Of a stretch of 64,000 bases of DNA, positions 8,127 through 17,581 are shown piece after piece. This DNA comes from a virus. The first letter of the stretch is position 1; each line of letters starts with the position of its first letter. Where the stretch lies: positions 1-64,000 of the IMG/VR virus record IMGVR_UViG_3300015374_000001, one strand, 5' to 3'. The notes under the pieces were generated by a model. The model had not been told where the DNA came from. It ran no database searches and worked only from the letters and a program-made list of their open reading frames with translations. Made by a program: the position numbers and the translations under genes.

Positions 8127-8356
8127 TGGCCGATAAAACGATCAAGGCCAGGGACATTAAGGTGGGGGATGAACTCCACCTGCGATTTGCAGGAGGGGAT
8201 GATTATTTCGAAGTAGATCGCGTTGAAGTAATTCCCGATCAGACAGATGATCCGAATCGGGAAGACACAGTTAAATGGCAGGCATCCAACAGCATTGGTC
8301 AGTTTGAAGATATTTGCAGCGCTGACCAAGATGTAGATATCAAGGTAAAGGAGTAA
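8126..8356 (+). CDS. small beta-barrel-like hypothetical
   Basis: IKARDIKVGD; TAATG overlap. Confidence 0.65.
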   Translation: MADKTIKARDIKVGDELHLRFAGGDDYFEVDRVEVIPDQTDDPNREDTVKWQASNSIGQFEDICSADQDVDIKVKE

Positions 8357-8358
8357 AT

Positions 8359-8589
8359 ATGAGCACTACGATTTATACGATGGGCGGCGGCGAGTTTGAG
8401 CTTAGCGACGATGAGAAGTTCAATAAGGTTCGTAAGCGTCTGAACGATCTGGCGGCTGGTGAGCACGAAGACGATCCTTTTACTCATTTCCAGTTTCACG
8501 ATGAGCAGGGTGGTCGTATCTCGATTAACCCCGATAAGGTCATTGCGATTCACTCTACGCTTCGCACCGATCAGGCCGAAGAAGAGTAA
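8359..8589 (+). CDS. hypothetical protein
   Basis: AAGGAG RBS. Confidence 0.7.
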   Translation: MSTTIYTMGGGEFELSDDEKFNKVRKRLNDLAAGEHEDDPFTHFQFHDEQGGRISINPDKVIAIHSTLRTDQAEEE

Positions 8590-8594
8590 ACAAA

Positions 8595-9446
8595 ATGGAA
8601 CTGCCGCCATTCGATAAGGTGGCATCGAATGTGCTGGGGGCCGTGGAAGATCTTCTGCGGTCCCCACTCGTTCGGGGTGCCTACGATAAATTAGATAGAA
8701 CCACGAAGCCTTACCCGGCTCCTGAAGATGTAGAAACCGAATACCTTGTACGTCAGGCGATGCTAGATGGTCGCTTGCCTAGTATTATTGAAAATGCTTC
8801 TAAGCTCGCAAACGAAGCATTAAAGTTCGAGCACGTTATCGCTGATGATGATTCGAGTCAGATGCGACGGCTCGTTACTTTGCGTGATTGTCTTCAGCAA
8901 GTTTCTTCTCTGCTCAAGGGCGAGAAGATCGATGATTTTGTTCATGATCACACTGAAGGACGGCATTGGACGCCTGGTACTACTAGGCTCACGTGGCCTA
9001 GCATGCCGAGTGTGAAAGTCAAAAAAGCTGGTAACGCTTCAGATCAGCTTGTTCCTGTCGGGACTGTGGATATTTTTCCGCCTCAAGCTGCTGCATTTAC
9101 GCTTCCTGCCGATGGCAGAACAATTAAACGGGACGATTATCCTGATTTCAAAGGCGTTCCAGACGGTTGGACATACAGGCATGATGCAGACGGCAAACTT
9201 TGGCTTGATCTTCCTGATGAGCGCGAGAACGTAATTGATATCGATGTATCTGATGAGGGCGATGTAACCGCTCCTGTTATAGATGCAGCGGCAGACGCTA
9301 TTGATCGCGGCAATGCTTTTAGTTATATTAAGCGAATTCGTAATATATCTGCTGATAACACTGCCGATATCAATGATGATTGGGATAAAGTCAATACTCT
9401 CGCTGTTGATGCGATGAATATATTGAAGGGCGATAGAGATGCCTAG
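8595..9446 (+). CDS. hypothetical protein with degenerate tail-collar-like segment
   Basis: VPVGTV...LPADGRTIKRDDYPDF. Confidence 0.65.
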   Translation: MELPPFDKVASNVLGAVEDLLRSPLVRGAYDKLDRTTKPYPAPEDVETEYLVRQAMLDGRLPSIIENASKLANEALKFEHVIADDDSSQMRRLVTLRDCLQQVSSLLKGEKIDDFVHDHTEGRHWTPGTTRLTWPSMPSVKVKKAGNASDQLVPVGTVDIFPPQAAAFTLPADGRTIKRDDYPDFKGVPDGWTYRHDADGKLWLDLPDERENVIDIDVSDEGDVTAPVIDAAADAIDRGNAFSYIKRIRNISADNTADINDDWDKVNTLAVDAMNILKGDRDA

Positions 9447-9846
9447 TGCAGAACAGATGCAGAGAAACTATGCTGCGCTCGCGGAGCAAGCGGAGAAACT
9501 GTGTGCTACGGCCGTGGTCTTTTCAGACAAAGTAGAAAATCCGGTCTGGAAGGATGGTTTGCTGGCAGAAGTTGAGCAGCTTCGTGAGTTAATTAAGATA
9601 GCTCCCCGGCGTTCACCCTGGAATGGGGAGCTTCACGAAGACGATTTAGAAATTACTTTTTACAGAGCGCCGGGACAAACTATTAAAGAAGAACCACGTG
9701 GAGTCATCATTCGGCATAAACCTACTGACATTACACGGGAATCTTATAGCCAAATTAGTCAAATGTCTAATCGTGAAGTCGTGATTGGCGCTCTTACGAA
9801 AGCAGTTGGCGAGCACTATGCCGACCAAGGCGAATACGCAAATTAA
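9439..9846 (+). CDS. release-factor (RF-1 domain 3)-like protein, GGQ replaced by PGQ
   Basis: DDLEITFYRAPGQ-8-VIIRHKPT-10-SQMSN aligns by eye with RF1 DLRIDTFRSSGAGGQ-8-IRITHLPT-10-SQHKN. Confidence 0.7.
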   Translation: MPSAEQMQRNYAALAEQAEKLCATAVVFSDKVENPVWKDGLLAEVEQLRELIKIAPRRSPWNGELHEDDLEITFYRAPGQTIKEEPRGVIIRHKPTDITRESYSQISQMSNREVVIGALTKAVGEHYADQGEYAN

Positions 9847-10756
9847 TTGGCAGAACGTGCTGCTGTCGGCCAGCGCGATTGTCAAGTCCTACGATACTGG
9901 CGTGACGCTGCGCCAGCTTTTCTACAGGCTTGTTTCGGAGCAGATGATTCCTAACTCCGTGAGCGCGTACAAGGTTTTGTCTCGCAAAACCGCAGAGGCT
10001 CGCCGAGAGGGATGGTTTCCATCGCTCATCGATAGAACACGCGCCATTGAAGTTAATCAATCATTTGATGACCCTAACGATGCGCTGTACTGGCTTTGGA
10101 AAATCTATCGTCGTGATCGAACAGAAAATCAAGAATGGTCTGTTTATCTCGGCGTTGAAAAGCACGGTATGGTTGTCCAGCTACAAGATTGGTTTGGTGA
10201 TTATGGTTTACCTATCCTGGCGCTCGGAGGTTATTCGTCGCAAACTTTTGTTGATGTTGTCGCGGATGACGTAATTAATCAAGGCCGCAACAGTGTTCTG
10301 CTCTACGCTGGCGACTTTGATCCAAGCGGAGTGGATATCGACCGTGATTTTTTGGATCGCACGGGTATTTTCACTGATGTTAGGCGAGTCGCGTTAAGAG
10401 AAGACCAGCTTGAGAAATATAATTTACCTCCGTTGCCTGGTAAAGAGTGGGATTCACGAGCAGAAAGCTTCATGGCTCAATATGGCGAGCTAATGCAGGT
10501 TGAATTAGATGCACTTCCACCTGAAACTATGCGCGGTCTTTACAAGGAAGCGCTGGACGAATTCTTTGATTATGAGGCTTGGGAAGAGGTTAAGAAGCAA
10601 GAGGATGAAGAATTAATCAAGCTCGACCAAACCAGGGAAGAATTCGGCCTCTCCACGAAGGATCTGATGCGCGGTAGAATGAAGGCTGCCAACACGCAAA
10701 CGCTGGATGCAATGGCACGCCTGATACGCGACATAAAGAAGGAGAGGAAGAGGTGA
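9818..10756 (+). CDS. Toprim-domain protein, topoisomerase VI A/DUF2399-like
   Basis: TLRQLFYRL, VEK, GYSS, LYAGDFDPSG, ELDAL motifs; start moved to ATG 9818. Confidence 0.8.
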   Translation: MPTKANTQINWQNVLLSASAIVKSYDTGVTLRQLFYRLVSEQMIPNSVSAYKVLSRKTAEARREGWFPSLIDRTRAIEVNQSFDDPNDALYWLWKIYRRDRTENQEWSVYLGVEKHGMVVQLQDWFGDYGLPILALGGYSSQTFVDVVADDVINQGRNSVLLYAGDFDPSGVDIDRDFLDRTGIFTDVRRVALREDQLEKYNLPPLPGKEWDSRAESFMAQYGELMQVELDALPPETMRGLYKEALDEFFDYEAWEEVKKQEDEELIKLDQTREEFGLSTKDLMRGRMKAANTQTLDAMARLIRDIKKERKR

Positions 10757-11037
10757 TCGACTTTGCTTTGTGGGAGGATTGTGAAGCTCGCCACCGCGCC
10801 GCCGCCTCCAATTCCGTGGCTCTTAGGGATTTTGTTTTCGACCGATGGGCCGAAGTCGAGGCAGCCTGCGAATTTAATAATCCTGACAACTGGTCGGAAG
10901 CGAGAATCATAATCGCTACCGATGAAGGTCTGGCAGATTGCTCTATTTATTTGCCAAAGAACCTTGAAGATGAGGAATGGCTTGGGATGCTGATTTGGTG
11001 TTTCGAGTCAGGAACCTATGAAGCAGCCGAAGACTAG
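10753..11037 (+). CDS. hypothetical protein
   Basis: GTGA overlap, RBS. Confidence 0.65.
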   Translation: MIDFALWEDCEARHRAAASNSVALRDFVFDRWAEVEAACEFNNPDNWSEARIIIATDEGLADCSIYLPKNLEDEEWLGMLIWCFESGTYEAAED

Positions 11038-11353
11038 TTGCCCGCGCTGCGGATCTAAACAGCGTTTCCCTCTCCGCACAGAAGACATGGGCGAGGGAAT
11101 TAAGCGGGAATTTATTCGGTGCAATATGTGTCGCATGGAGCGCGACATTAATTACACCACGGATAGGCTTCAACAGTTACGTGGCAAGCGAGCACGTTGT
11201 AGGCGCATGATCGGTCACGAGAAGGATTCCCACGGTGCAGTCTCCGATGCAACCAACCGTGTGATGATCAGAATCGTGCAGGATATAAAAGAAGAATCGG
11301 CGTATATAGCCAGAAAGATTTTTGAACGAAATGCTCACGTTCCGCCAGCTTGA
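11018..11353 (+). CDS. zinc-ribbon protein
   Basis: CPRC...CNMC. Confidence 0.7.
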   Translation: MKQPKTSCPRCGSKQRFPLRTEDMGEGIKREFIRCNMCRMERDINYTTDRLQQLRGKRARCRRMIGHEKDSHGAVSDATNRVMIRIVQDIKEESAYIARKIFERNAHVPPA

Positions 11354-11570
11354 GATGGTCGTGCATGTGGCCAATGGCTTAACGACCGCTGAGATAGCGG
11401 AACATATGCATTTGTCTCAAAGCTCTGTGCAGCAGACACTAGACAAAGCTCGCACCCGCGCGAGCGCGAAGACTCTCCCTCACCTCGTCAGCATTGTGAT
11501 CGCCAGTGGCGCTCTTGAATGGAATGAAGACAAGTCCACGAGAGGGGTACCTGATGCTGATAGCAACTAG
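11322..11570 (+). CDS. LuxR-type HTH regulator (stand-alone)
   Basis: LTFRQLEMVVHVANGLTTAEIAEHMHLSQSSV. Confidence 0.85.
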   Translation: MNEMLTFRQLEMVVHVANGLTTAEIAEHMHLSQSSVQQTLDKARTRASAKTLPHLVSIVIASGALEWNEDKSTRGVPDADSN

Positions 11571-11727
11571 CACGCTTGTAGCTTTTATACATTTAATCAT
11601 TGGTGGAGTCGTATGGACTGCGCTGATGTATTGGATCGCCAAGCGTCACAAGTCGCCGCTTACCGAGGCTGAGCAAGAGGAATACGAGCGCGCCCGGATC
11701 TGGTCGCACTACAACGGCGGCTATTAA
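11554..11727 (+). CDS. small membrane protein
   Basis: Hydrophobic N-terminus; GAGGGG RBS before ATG 11554. Confidence 0.6.
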   Translation: MLIATSTLVAFIHLIIGGVVWTALMYWIAKRHKSPLTEAEQEEYERARIWSHYNGGY

Positions 11728-11731
11728 TGCA

Positions 11732-11758
11732 GAAGACCCGCCACTAGGACAGGCCTTC
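11732..11758 (-). terminator. hairpin between convergent genes
   Basis: Minus strand GAAGGCCTGTC-CTAGT-GGCGGGTCTTC pairs fully with GU wobbles. Confidence 0.55.
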
Positions 11759-11778
11759 CACACTTCACGGGCAACCGC

Positions 11779-12030
11779 TTAAACTAAACCCATTAGCTCA
11801 GCGAGGCTTTCGATGGGCTTCGGCTGAGTCAGTAATTCCTTGATTTCAGAAGGAGTCAGGCCAGAGGCCGCAGACACTTCGTCAATCGAGTAGCCCGAGT
11901 CGCGGACCATCGAAATAGCCGCCTGCTCAAGCATGGAGCGCTTACCAGCGGTCATCACTTCCGCTCGAATGAGCCCATGAGAGAGCATCGTGAGGGTGTC
12001 AAGTGCCTGTGACATGATTCCTCCTTTCAC
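11779..12030 (-). CDS. small HTH protein
   Basis: GYSIDEVSAASGLTPSEIKEL; true start probably MSQALD after AAGGAGG. Confidence 0.7.
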   Translation of the reverse strand: MKGGIMSQALDTLTMLSHGLIRAEVMTAGKRSMLEQAAISMVRDSGYSIDEVSAASGLTPSEIKELLTQPKPIESLAELMGLV

Positions 12031-12140
12031 AGCGGGATCATATCTGGTTCTGTGGCTTATTCAAGCCACATTTGCAGAATTCTACTATATTTTGTTACTT
12101 GACTTCCATTTGATTGCCTGTATTTGCCGTAAGCTAGCCC

Positions 12141-12431
12141 GTGGTGGCCGCAACAGGCAATCAATCCTCTGATGGATCTTCACTAATTGACGCTCGTGGC
12201 AGGGTGACCTGTCCCAATTGTGAAATCCCCAGGCACTTGATGTGGTACAAGCGCTTGGAGCAGATCGAGAAGTACGCCATGGAGACAAATCCAATCCTTC
12301 AATGCCCGCACTACAAGCCGACAGGCTGCGGTCACATTTTCTCCCCCGGCGATCACTCCCTGTTGCTCTCCGTACTAGCGCCACCTCAATCAAATGGGAA
12401 GCCTCAGGAGGTAGCGGCTAGTGGAGCATGA
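12141..12431 (+). CDS. zinc-ribbon protein
   Basis: CPNC...CPH...CGH. Confidence 0.6.
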   Translation: MVAATGNQSSDGSSLIDARGRVTCPNCEIPRHLMWYKRLEQIEKYAMETNPILQCPHYKPTGCGHIFSPGDHSLLLSVLAPPQSNGKPQEVAASGA

Positions 12432-13671
12432 GCGCATAGAGCTTTTTGAATTATTCCTTTCAGATGATGGCGCTGTCTCGGAACCTGATGACAACGGCCT
12501 CATTTGGAAGGATTGTTTACGTGAGGGGACGTTTGCGATGACGCCCACACCGGGCGGCGCAATTAAACAGCCCTTCACTGTGGTAGCGGATGGTGAGACT
12601 GATCCGGCCAATAAGATCATCTCCATGGCCGATATCGAGGATTCGTTTAAGAATCGCTCGTTCGAGCATGTAACTATTCCGCTCAACCACAAAGACAAAG
12701 AACTTGACAATACGGGTTTTGTAAAAGGACTTCGCCGGGTCACCAAGCAAATCGGCGGTGTACCTCGCACCGTATTGCAGGCCGGTCTTGAGTTCACTGA
12801 GCCAGATGTAAAAGGCAAGGTAGAACGCGGGACCATTCCGAATGTGTCTAGCGGTATTTTCACTAATTTCACTCGCAAAGCTGATGCGAAGAAATTCCGT
12901 GCCGCTCTCAAGCACGTTTGTCTGACCAACACTCCTTTTATCAATAACCTTGATCCGTTCCCGGCCATTGCGGCTAGCGACGGCATCGATGCAGAAGATA
13001 TCGATGTTGAGGCGTACACCTTCGCTGAAGAGGAAGGTGGAGGGGACGGCAAGACGGCCGAATTAGTTTGGGATGAAACCCAATCTATGAATTGGCGTCG
13101 TGATCAAATTCGGTCGATCCTTGAACCTCAGCGTGGAGAAGACGATGCGCCTAGTCCCTTCATGATCTTCGTTGAAGATATCGCTGAGGATTCTGCATTA
13201 ATTTCCCAGGAGGGGCAGGGAGAAGTTAATCGCTTCATAGTTCCCTACTCCATTGAAGGTGGGGAAGTGAGGCTTGCACCGCCGATCCGATGGACTGAGG
13301 TTCATCAGGCGATGGTTGCAGCTTCGGACGACGATCCTATTTATTCGAATGATCTGAGGCTTAAGCTTACAGATGCACTTGAATCGGTCGTCGGCAAAGA
13401 AGCGAGCGGTTATCGAATTGATGATGTAACTCATGATGACCGCGTAAAAATTGTCAGCAAGGTTACGGATGCTGCCTGGCTGGCACGGTTTTATGCAAGT
13501 GATGAGGAAGTCCGTATTTCTCCCTCCGCTAACTGGCATAAAATCTCAGAGGGCAAGAAGTTCGAGCTTAGCGATAAGCCCCGCGAGCCCTCAGTCAGTA
13601 AACCCAAAGTTGGTGGGACTCTTGCTGAGGCTCGCCGCAAACGTGCTCAATTAATGGGCCGCACTATTTAA
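12421..13671 (+). CDS. capsid maturation protease (Mu gpI-like) with C-terminal extension
   Basis: H...G...VS...LKHVCLTNTPFI motif; upstream of scaffold and capsid. Confidence 0.75.
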   Translation: MEHERIELFELFLSDDGAVSEPDDNGLIWKDCLREGTFAMTPTPGGAIKQPFTVVADGETDPANKIISMADIEDSFKNRSFEHVTIPLNHKDKELDNTGFVKGLRRVTKQIGGVPRTVLQAGLEFTEPDVKGKVERGTIPNVSSGIFTNFTRKADAKKFRAALKHVCLTNTPFINNLDPFPAIAASDGIDAEDIDVEAYTFAEEEGGGDGKTAELVWDETQSMNWRRDQIRSILEPQRGEDDAPSPFMIFVEDIAEDSALISQEGQGEVNRFIVPYSIEGGEVRLAPPIRWTEVHQAMVAASDDDPIYSNDLRLKLTDALESVVGKEASGYRIDDVTHDDRVKIVSKVTDAAWLARFYASDEEVRISPSANWHKISEGKKFELSDKPREPSVSKPKVGGTLAEARRKRAQLMGRTI

Positions 13672-13689
13672 TTGAAGGAGGTGTAGCTA

Positions 13690-14235
13690 ATGGCCGGATT
13701 TCTTGAAACCCTCGACGCTCTTGAGCTTACTGACGAGCAGAAGGAACAGCTTCGTCAGGGGCATGATGAGGAATTAACCCCTCTTCAGGAGGCTCAGCGT
13801 CTTTCCGCCGCTCAGGCGCGGAGGGCAGCCGTCGATAAGGAAATTGAGGAATTAGGCAAGCTCGGTTTTTCCGATCAACCAGGGATGCTCAAGTATGCGC
13901 GTCGAGTTTTTCTCTCGGATGATCAGGAGCCGGGTATCGTCCTGCTCAGCGATGGTGATCTTGAGCTTGACAAGGATGAACAAATTGGAGCTAAATCCCG
14001 TGAGGAAGTCTCCACGGCCGATGTGCTCCGTAAATTCATTTCCTTGATTCCTCGTGATGACGATGGCAAGCTGGCGCTCAGCGACCAGATCCTTGCTTCG
14101 GATGACATTGAGGAAAAGCCCGAGGAAGAAGAGGGAGCGGACGAAGAAAAGGCTAAGGCTGAATCGCGTAAGCGCGCTTCGAAGCTTATTGGCCGTCCGA
14201 TCACTCGCAAGGGCCGGGGAGGTGAAGACGCCTAA
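13690..14235 (+). CDS. putative head scaffolding protein
   Basis: Helical acidic protein with basic tail between protease and decoration genes. Confidence 0.6.
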   Translation: MAGFLETLDALELTDEQKEQLRQGHDEELTPLQEAQRLSAAQARRAAVDKEIEELGKLGFSDQPGMLKYARRVFLSDDQEPGIVLLSDGDLELDKDEQIGAKSREEVSTADVLRKFISLIPRDDDGKLALSDQILASDDIEEKPEEEEGADEEKAKAESRKRASKLIGRPITRKGRGGEDA

Positions 14236-14615
14236 TGGCATGGAATATTCGCACTTCGCGTGTTGTTACTCCTAGCCTTGAGATTTTCAAGAAGCCACCG
14301 AATGCTCAGGGCTTTGATTCAATCGTGATCGATGCGACCGCAATTACTGCGGTTTCAGGCGTTCGCAAGCTGGTCGCCGGTACTCCATTAACTAAAGATG
14401 GAGTGACGAACCAGTTTAAGCGTATGACTGTTGGTACGGAAACGTGCGCGGGTATTCTCGCTCACGATGTTGAGGTTCCTGACGGTACCTCTGCTTCCGA
14501 CCTTCCGGCTGCGCTTGCATTCCACGGAGAGGTTTTCCGTGCGAACCGTATTGTTGACTATGGCACGCTTGGTACAGATATTCGTACAGATCTGCCCACG
14601 TGCTTATTCCAGTAG
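14235..14615 (+). CDS. head decoration protein (lambda gpD-like)
   Basis: LVAGTPL...GIL..DV...HG pattern; directly before capsid. Confidence 0.75.
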   Translation: MAWNIRTSRVVTPSLEIFKKPPNAQGFDSIVIDATAITAVSGVRKLVAGTPLTKDGVTNQFKRMTVGTETCAGILAHDVEVPDGTSASDLPAALAFHGEVFRANRIVDYGTLGTDIRTDLPTCLFQ

Positions 14616-14635
14616 AGGGGAGGTGAATTCCCGAT

Positions 14636-15697
14636 ATGGCATTTATTGACGATATTCTCGAACAGTCCAACCTGACCGACGCAATTGTTGGTCCGCTTGA
14701 GACTGAGATGGAGACTGCTCCCCGGCTTGGGGATCAGATCGCTCCTATTCAAGATATCGACGGCCAGTACGTTTCTATGCGAGTCGAAGACCTGCATGCA
14801 TTCGGTATTGGTCAATTCAGGGCACCGGAAGCAACGCCGCCCCTGATGGATATCACTGGTCGAGAAGAGCGCGAGGAAGTCATTGAGCTTGCGCACCTGG
14901 ACGAAATGCACCGCATTTCTCCAATTAGGTGGGAGCGGCTTAATTCGACGGACGAAGCGGTTGTTTCGAAAGAAGCCCGCCGCCTCATTGAAATCGGCCA
15001 GATCCTTGAGCGTCGTAATGAGCGCCTGACTGAATGGATGCGTTGGCAGGCATTTAGTGGCCAATTAACCATTGAGTATCAGGAGCGCAATACCGCTCTC
15101 GTTATTGATTACCCGCTGCCGTCCGGTCACAAGCCGACCGTGACTACAGGCTGGGACGATTTAACTGACTCCGACCCGGTTGCAGATATGCGCGCTTGGT
15201 CGAGGCAGATCGGTAATTCAAGTGGCACGCCAGGCACGATTTTCCATATGACTGGTGATGACCTTGAGAATGTAATTAATAACGAAAAGCTCCGCCTTTA
15301 CTTTAATGTTGAGGCTGGGCAGCCGTTCCTCCCGACTCAGGAAGATGTTGAACGTCTTCTGCCGCCGGGTAGCTCCATCGTGCAGCAGGACGCTGCGTAT
15401 CGCGCCGAGTCGGTTGGTGCCGCTAAGGCTCCCGCCGATCACACGCGCTACCTGCCTGTGGGCAAGGTATTAGTTACGACCGCCTACACGCTGGATGGAG
15501 TTCCGATTGCTGATACGCCGAACGGTGATGTGGAAATTGCCACGGGCTACAACACCACCGCTCTGCTGAAGGGTCCGCAGTCGGAAGTGATCATGAAGGG
15601 CGAGGGTGCCTACCAGCGCATGCTGCGTCAGGCGTCCCGTCGAATTGTCCGCCTGCGTCGGCCGGAGGCTTTCCTTTACGCCGACATTCTGCCGTAG
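14636..15697 (+). CDS. major capsid protein (gpE-like)
   Basis: 353 aa, EWMRWQAFSG, IDY, WD...DP..D; strong RBS. Confidence 0.85.
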   Translation: MAFIDDILEQSNLTDAIVGPLETEMETAPRLGDQIAPIQDIDGQYVSMRVEDLHAFGIGQFRAPEATPPLMDITGREEREEVIELAHLDEMHRISPIRWERLNSTDEAVVSKEARRLIEIGQILERRNERLTEWMRWQAFSGQLTIEYQERNTALVIDYPLPSGHKPTVTTGWDDLTDSDPVADMRAWSRQIGNSSGTPGTIFHMTGDDLENVINNEKLRLYFNVEAGQPFLPTQEDVERLLPPGSSIVQQDAAYRAESVGAAKAPADHTRYLPVGKVLVTTAYTLDGVPIADTPNGDVEIATGYNTTALLKGPQSEVIMKGEGAYQRMLRQASRRIVRLRRPEAFLYADILP

Positions 15698-15714
15698 GGG
15701 AGGTGAATTAATTA

Positions 15715-16434
15715 ATGGCTAAGGGTAAAGTTGTCGAAGTGCTGGTTGATGAAATTACTATCCCTAAGTCGGTGCGTACACTGACTCAGGATGATGGTAA
15801 TACTTATCACCAGCAAGTCGGCACTACTTATTTCAAGGGAGACAAGGTTCCGACTGACGAGGTTTCGCCACCGGTCCTTGAGGCTCTTGAAGACAGTGAC
15901 CACCGCAACCATGATTCTTTAAGCAAAAAGCTCAAGCTCGGCTCGGGCGATGCTCACGAGAATCTGGCTGTTCGCCTTGGTCTGCCATTCGACGGTTACG
16001 ATGACATGGACGAGGAAGATATTCTCGACGCCATGCGCGTGCTGCCATCTCCTACGGTTGTTGCAATTCAGACCTACGAGAGGCAGAACGAAAACCGCGA
16101 CAGCATTGTCACCTACAACATCGGCTATGGAATTAATAACGATGATTTTGTGGATGGCAACGTTGGCTCCGACGTTGAAGACGGAGAAGGTGAAGATAAG
16201 GCCGTCAGCCGAATTAAAACTCGCCGCGTGACCGATACGGAAGTTGAGGCAGGCGAGGGCTATACCGGCACTGGCGATCCACAAGTCCCCTACGGAGAAT
16301 CCGAAGAGGATAAGCCAAAGAAGAGTGCTAAGCGGCGTGGCCGTCGCACGCGCTCTAGCTCTGGCGGATCGTCGCGTGGCCGTAAAGCTGGCGGGGATGG
16401 GGAGTCCTCGTCTGGCGACTCCGCGGACAATTAA
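15715..16434 (+). CDS. hypothetical head-associated protein with LPFDGYDD...YE...R domain
   Basis: Position after capsid; basic/Ser-rich tail. Confidence 0.7.
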   Translation: MAKGKVVEVLVDEITIPKSVRTLTQDDGNTYHQQVGTTYFKGDKVPTDEVSPPVLEALEDSDHRNHDSLSKKLKLGSGDAHENLAVRLGLPFDGYDDMDEEDILDAMRVLPSPTVVAIQTYERQNENRDSIVTYNIGYGINNDDFVDGNVGSDVEDGEGEDKAVSRIKTRRVTDTEVEAGEGYTGTGDPQVPYGESEEDKPKKSAKRRGRRTRSSSGGSSRGRKAGGDGESSSGDSADN

Positions 16435-16463
16435 TTCGCGGAGCAAGGGGGAAAGGTTAATCG

Positions 16464-16976
16464 GTGCCAGTAGAAGGAATAATTGCCAAGAATGCCAGGG
16501 CTTATTTGCCCTCGACTTGGCGTGCTCTAGAAAGCGCTTCCTTCTACGGCACCGATTATCTACAGCAGCTTCGTGACAACGTAGCTCTGAGTTTATTCGG
16601 TGATATCAATCTCACTGACACCGAAGAAAGCCAATTAGATCCCCTTGTTAAGGAATATGCAGGTATTTGTTTAGCCCTTGAGGTAGTAACTCCGGGGCTT
16701 GATTATTGGGCAAACGAAGCGACACTTTCTACTGCGGCTCGTGGTAGGGAAGAAGTAAAGACCTGGGCCAATCGCGCTGCTGAGCTTCGAGAATTAAGGA
16801 AATTACTCGTTGATAAAAAGGCAGAACTTTGGCCGGAAGTCGAACAGTTGCTTCCCGTTAGGCGTACTCATCATGGAAGTGTCCCCCAGGTAGCGCTTCT
16901 GGATAGTGGACACACGACGCCTAACCCGTATGACTTTGAGCGCCCCTATGCAGATCCGACAGAGGTGCCTCAATAA
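16464..16976 (+). CDS. putative head-tail adaptor
   Basis: Synteny and size only. Confidence 0.55.
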   Translation: MPVEGIIAKNARAYLPSTWRALESASFYGTDYLQQLRDNVALSLFGDINLTDTEESQLDPLVKEYAGICLALEVVTPGLDYWANEATLSTAARGREEVKTWANRAAELRELRKLLVDKKAELWPEVEQLLPVRRTHHGSVPQVALLDSGHTTPNPYDFERPYADPTEVPQ

Positions 16977-17572
16977 TGCCCACGTTGCAAGATGGAATCG
17001 GATTAGAGCAGGTTATAGACGAAATAATTTTCGCTATAGCCGAAGGAATTAATGACAAGATAGATGAATTGCAACCGATATGGGATGCACGGGATAGTGC
17101 TCGTGCTACTCGTTTAGGAATTCCAATTGTAAATCATCTAGTCGAGCATGTATTGCCAGAGAATATAGTTACTGGTGATATTCCTTCTTTAGTCCAAGAA
17201 GATCTTCCAACGACTCATTACCCAAACGTCTGCGTGATTCCTGACACCACGCAACCTGATCCCGAAGACCCGTCCATTGATCAGTACGATGTTTTACAAA
17301 ATGCTGTAGACATTCATGCACTGGTCAAGGCTGATTCAACCGAGGGGGCAAATTACACTTATTGGCGCGCGGTAAGGACAGCCGAAGCGCTCGATCTATT
17401 AATTTCGAGCGACAGGAAGCTGTCGGCGAAGCTACGCGGGGTATCCAACCCTCAAATAGTTCAGCAATCGCCTCCTTTTGATTGGGAGCCTGGCGGCCAC
17501 GGGGAAAAGTGGTGGTGGCGGGCAGCGCGCATTCGCTATTTAATTAAGAGCTACAAGCAGCCGAGTTTTTAG
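16976..17572 (+). CDS. putative tail terminator/completion protein
   Basis: Synteny; YPxVxV motif. Confidence 0.5.
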   Translation: MPTLQDGIGLEQVIDEIIFAIAEGINDKIDELQPIWDARDSARATRLGIPIVNHLVEHVLPENIVTGDIPSLVQEDLPTTHYPNVCVIPDTTQPDPEDPSIDQYDVLQNAVDIHALVKADSTEGANYTYWRAVRTAEALDLLISSDRKLSAKLRGVSNPQIVQQSPPFDWEPGGHGEKWWWRAARIRYLIKSYKQPSF

Positions 17573-17581
17573 GAGGTGCAT

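Noticed and set aside
9439-9846. Stop-codon reassignment implied by a phage release factor
   Set aside because: TAA, TAG and TGA all terminate genes normally, and the protein lacks codon-recognition domains
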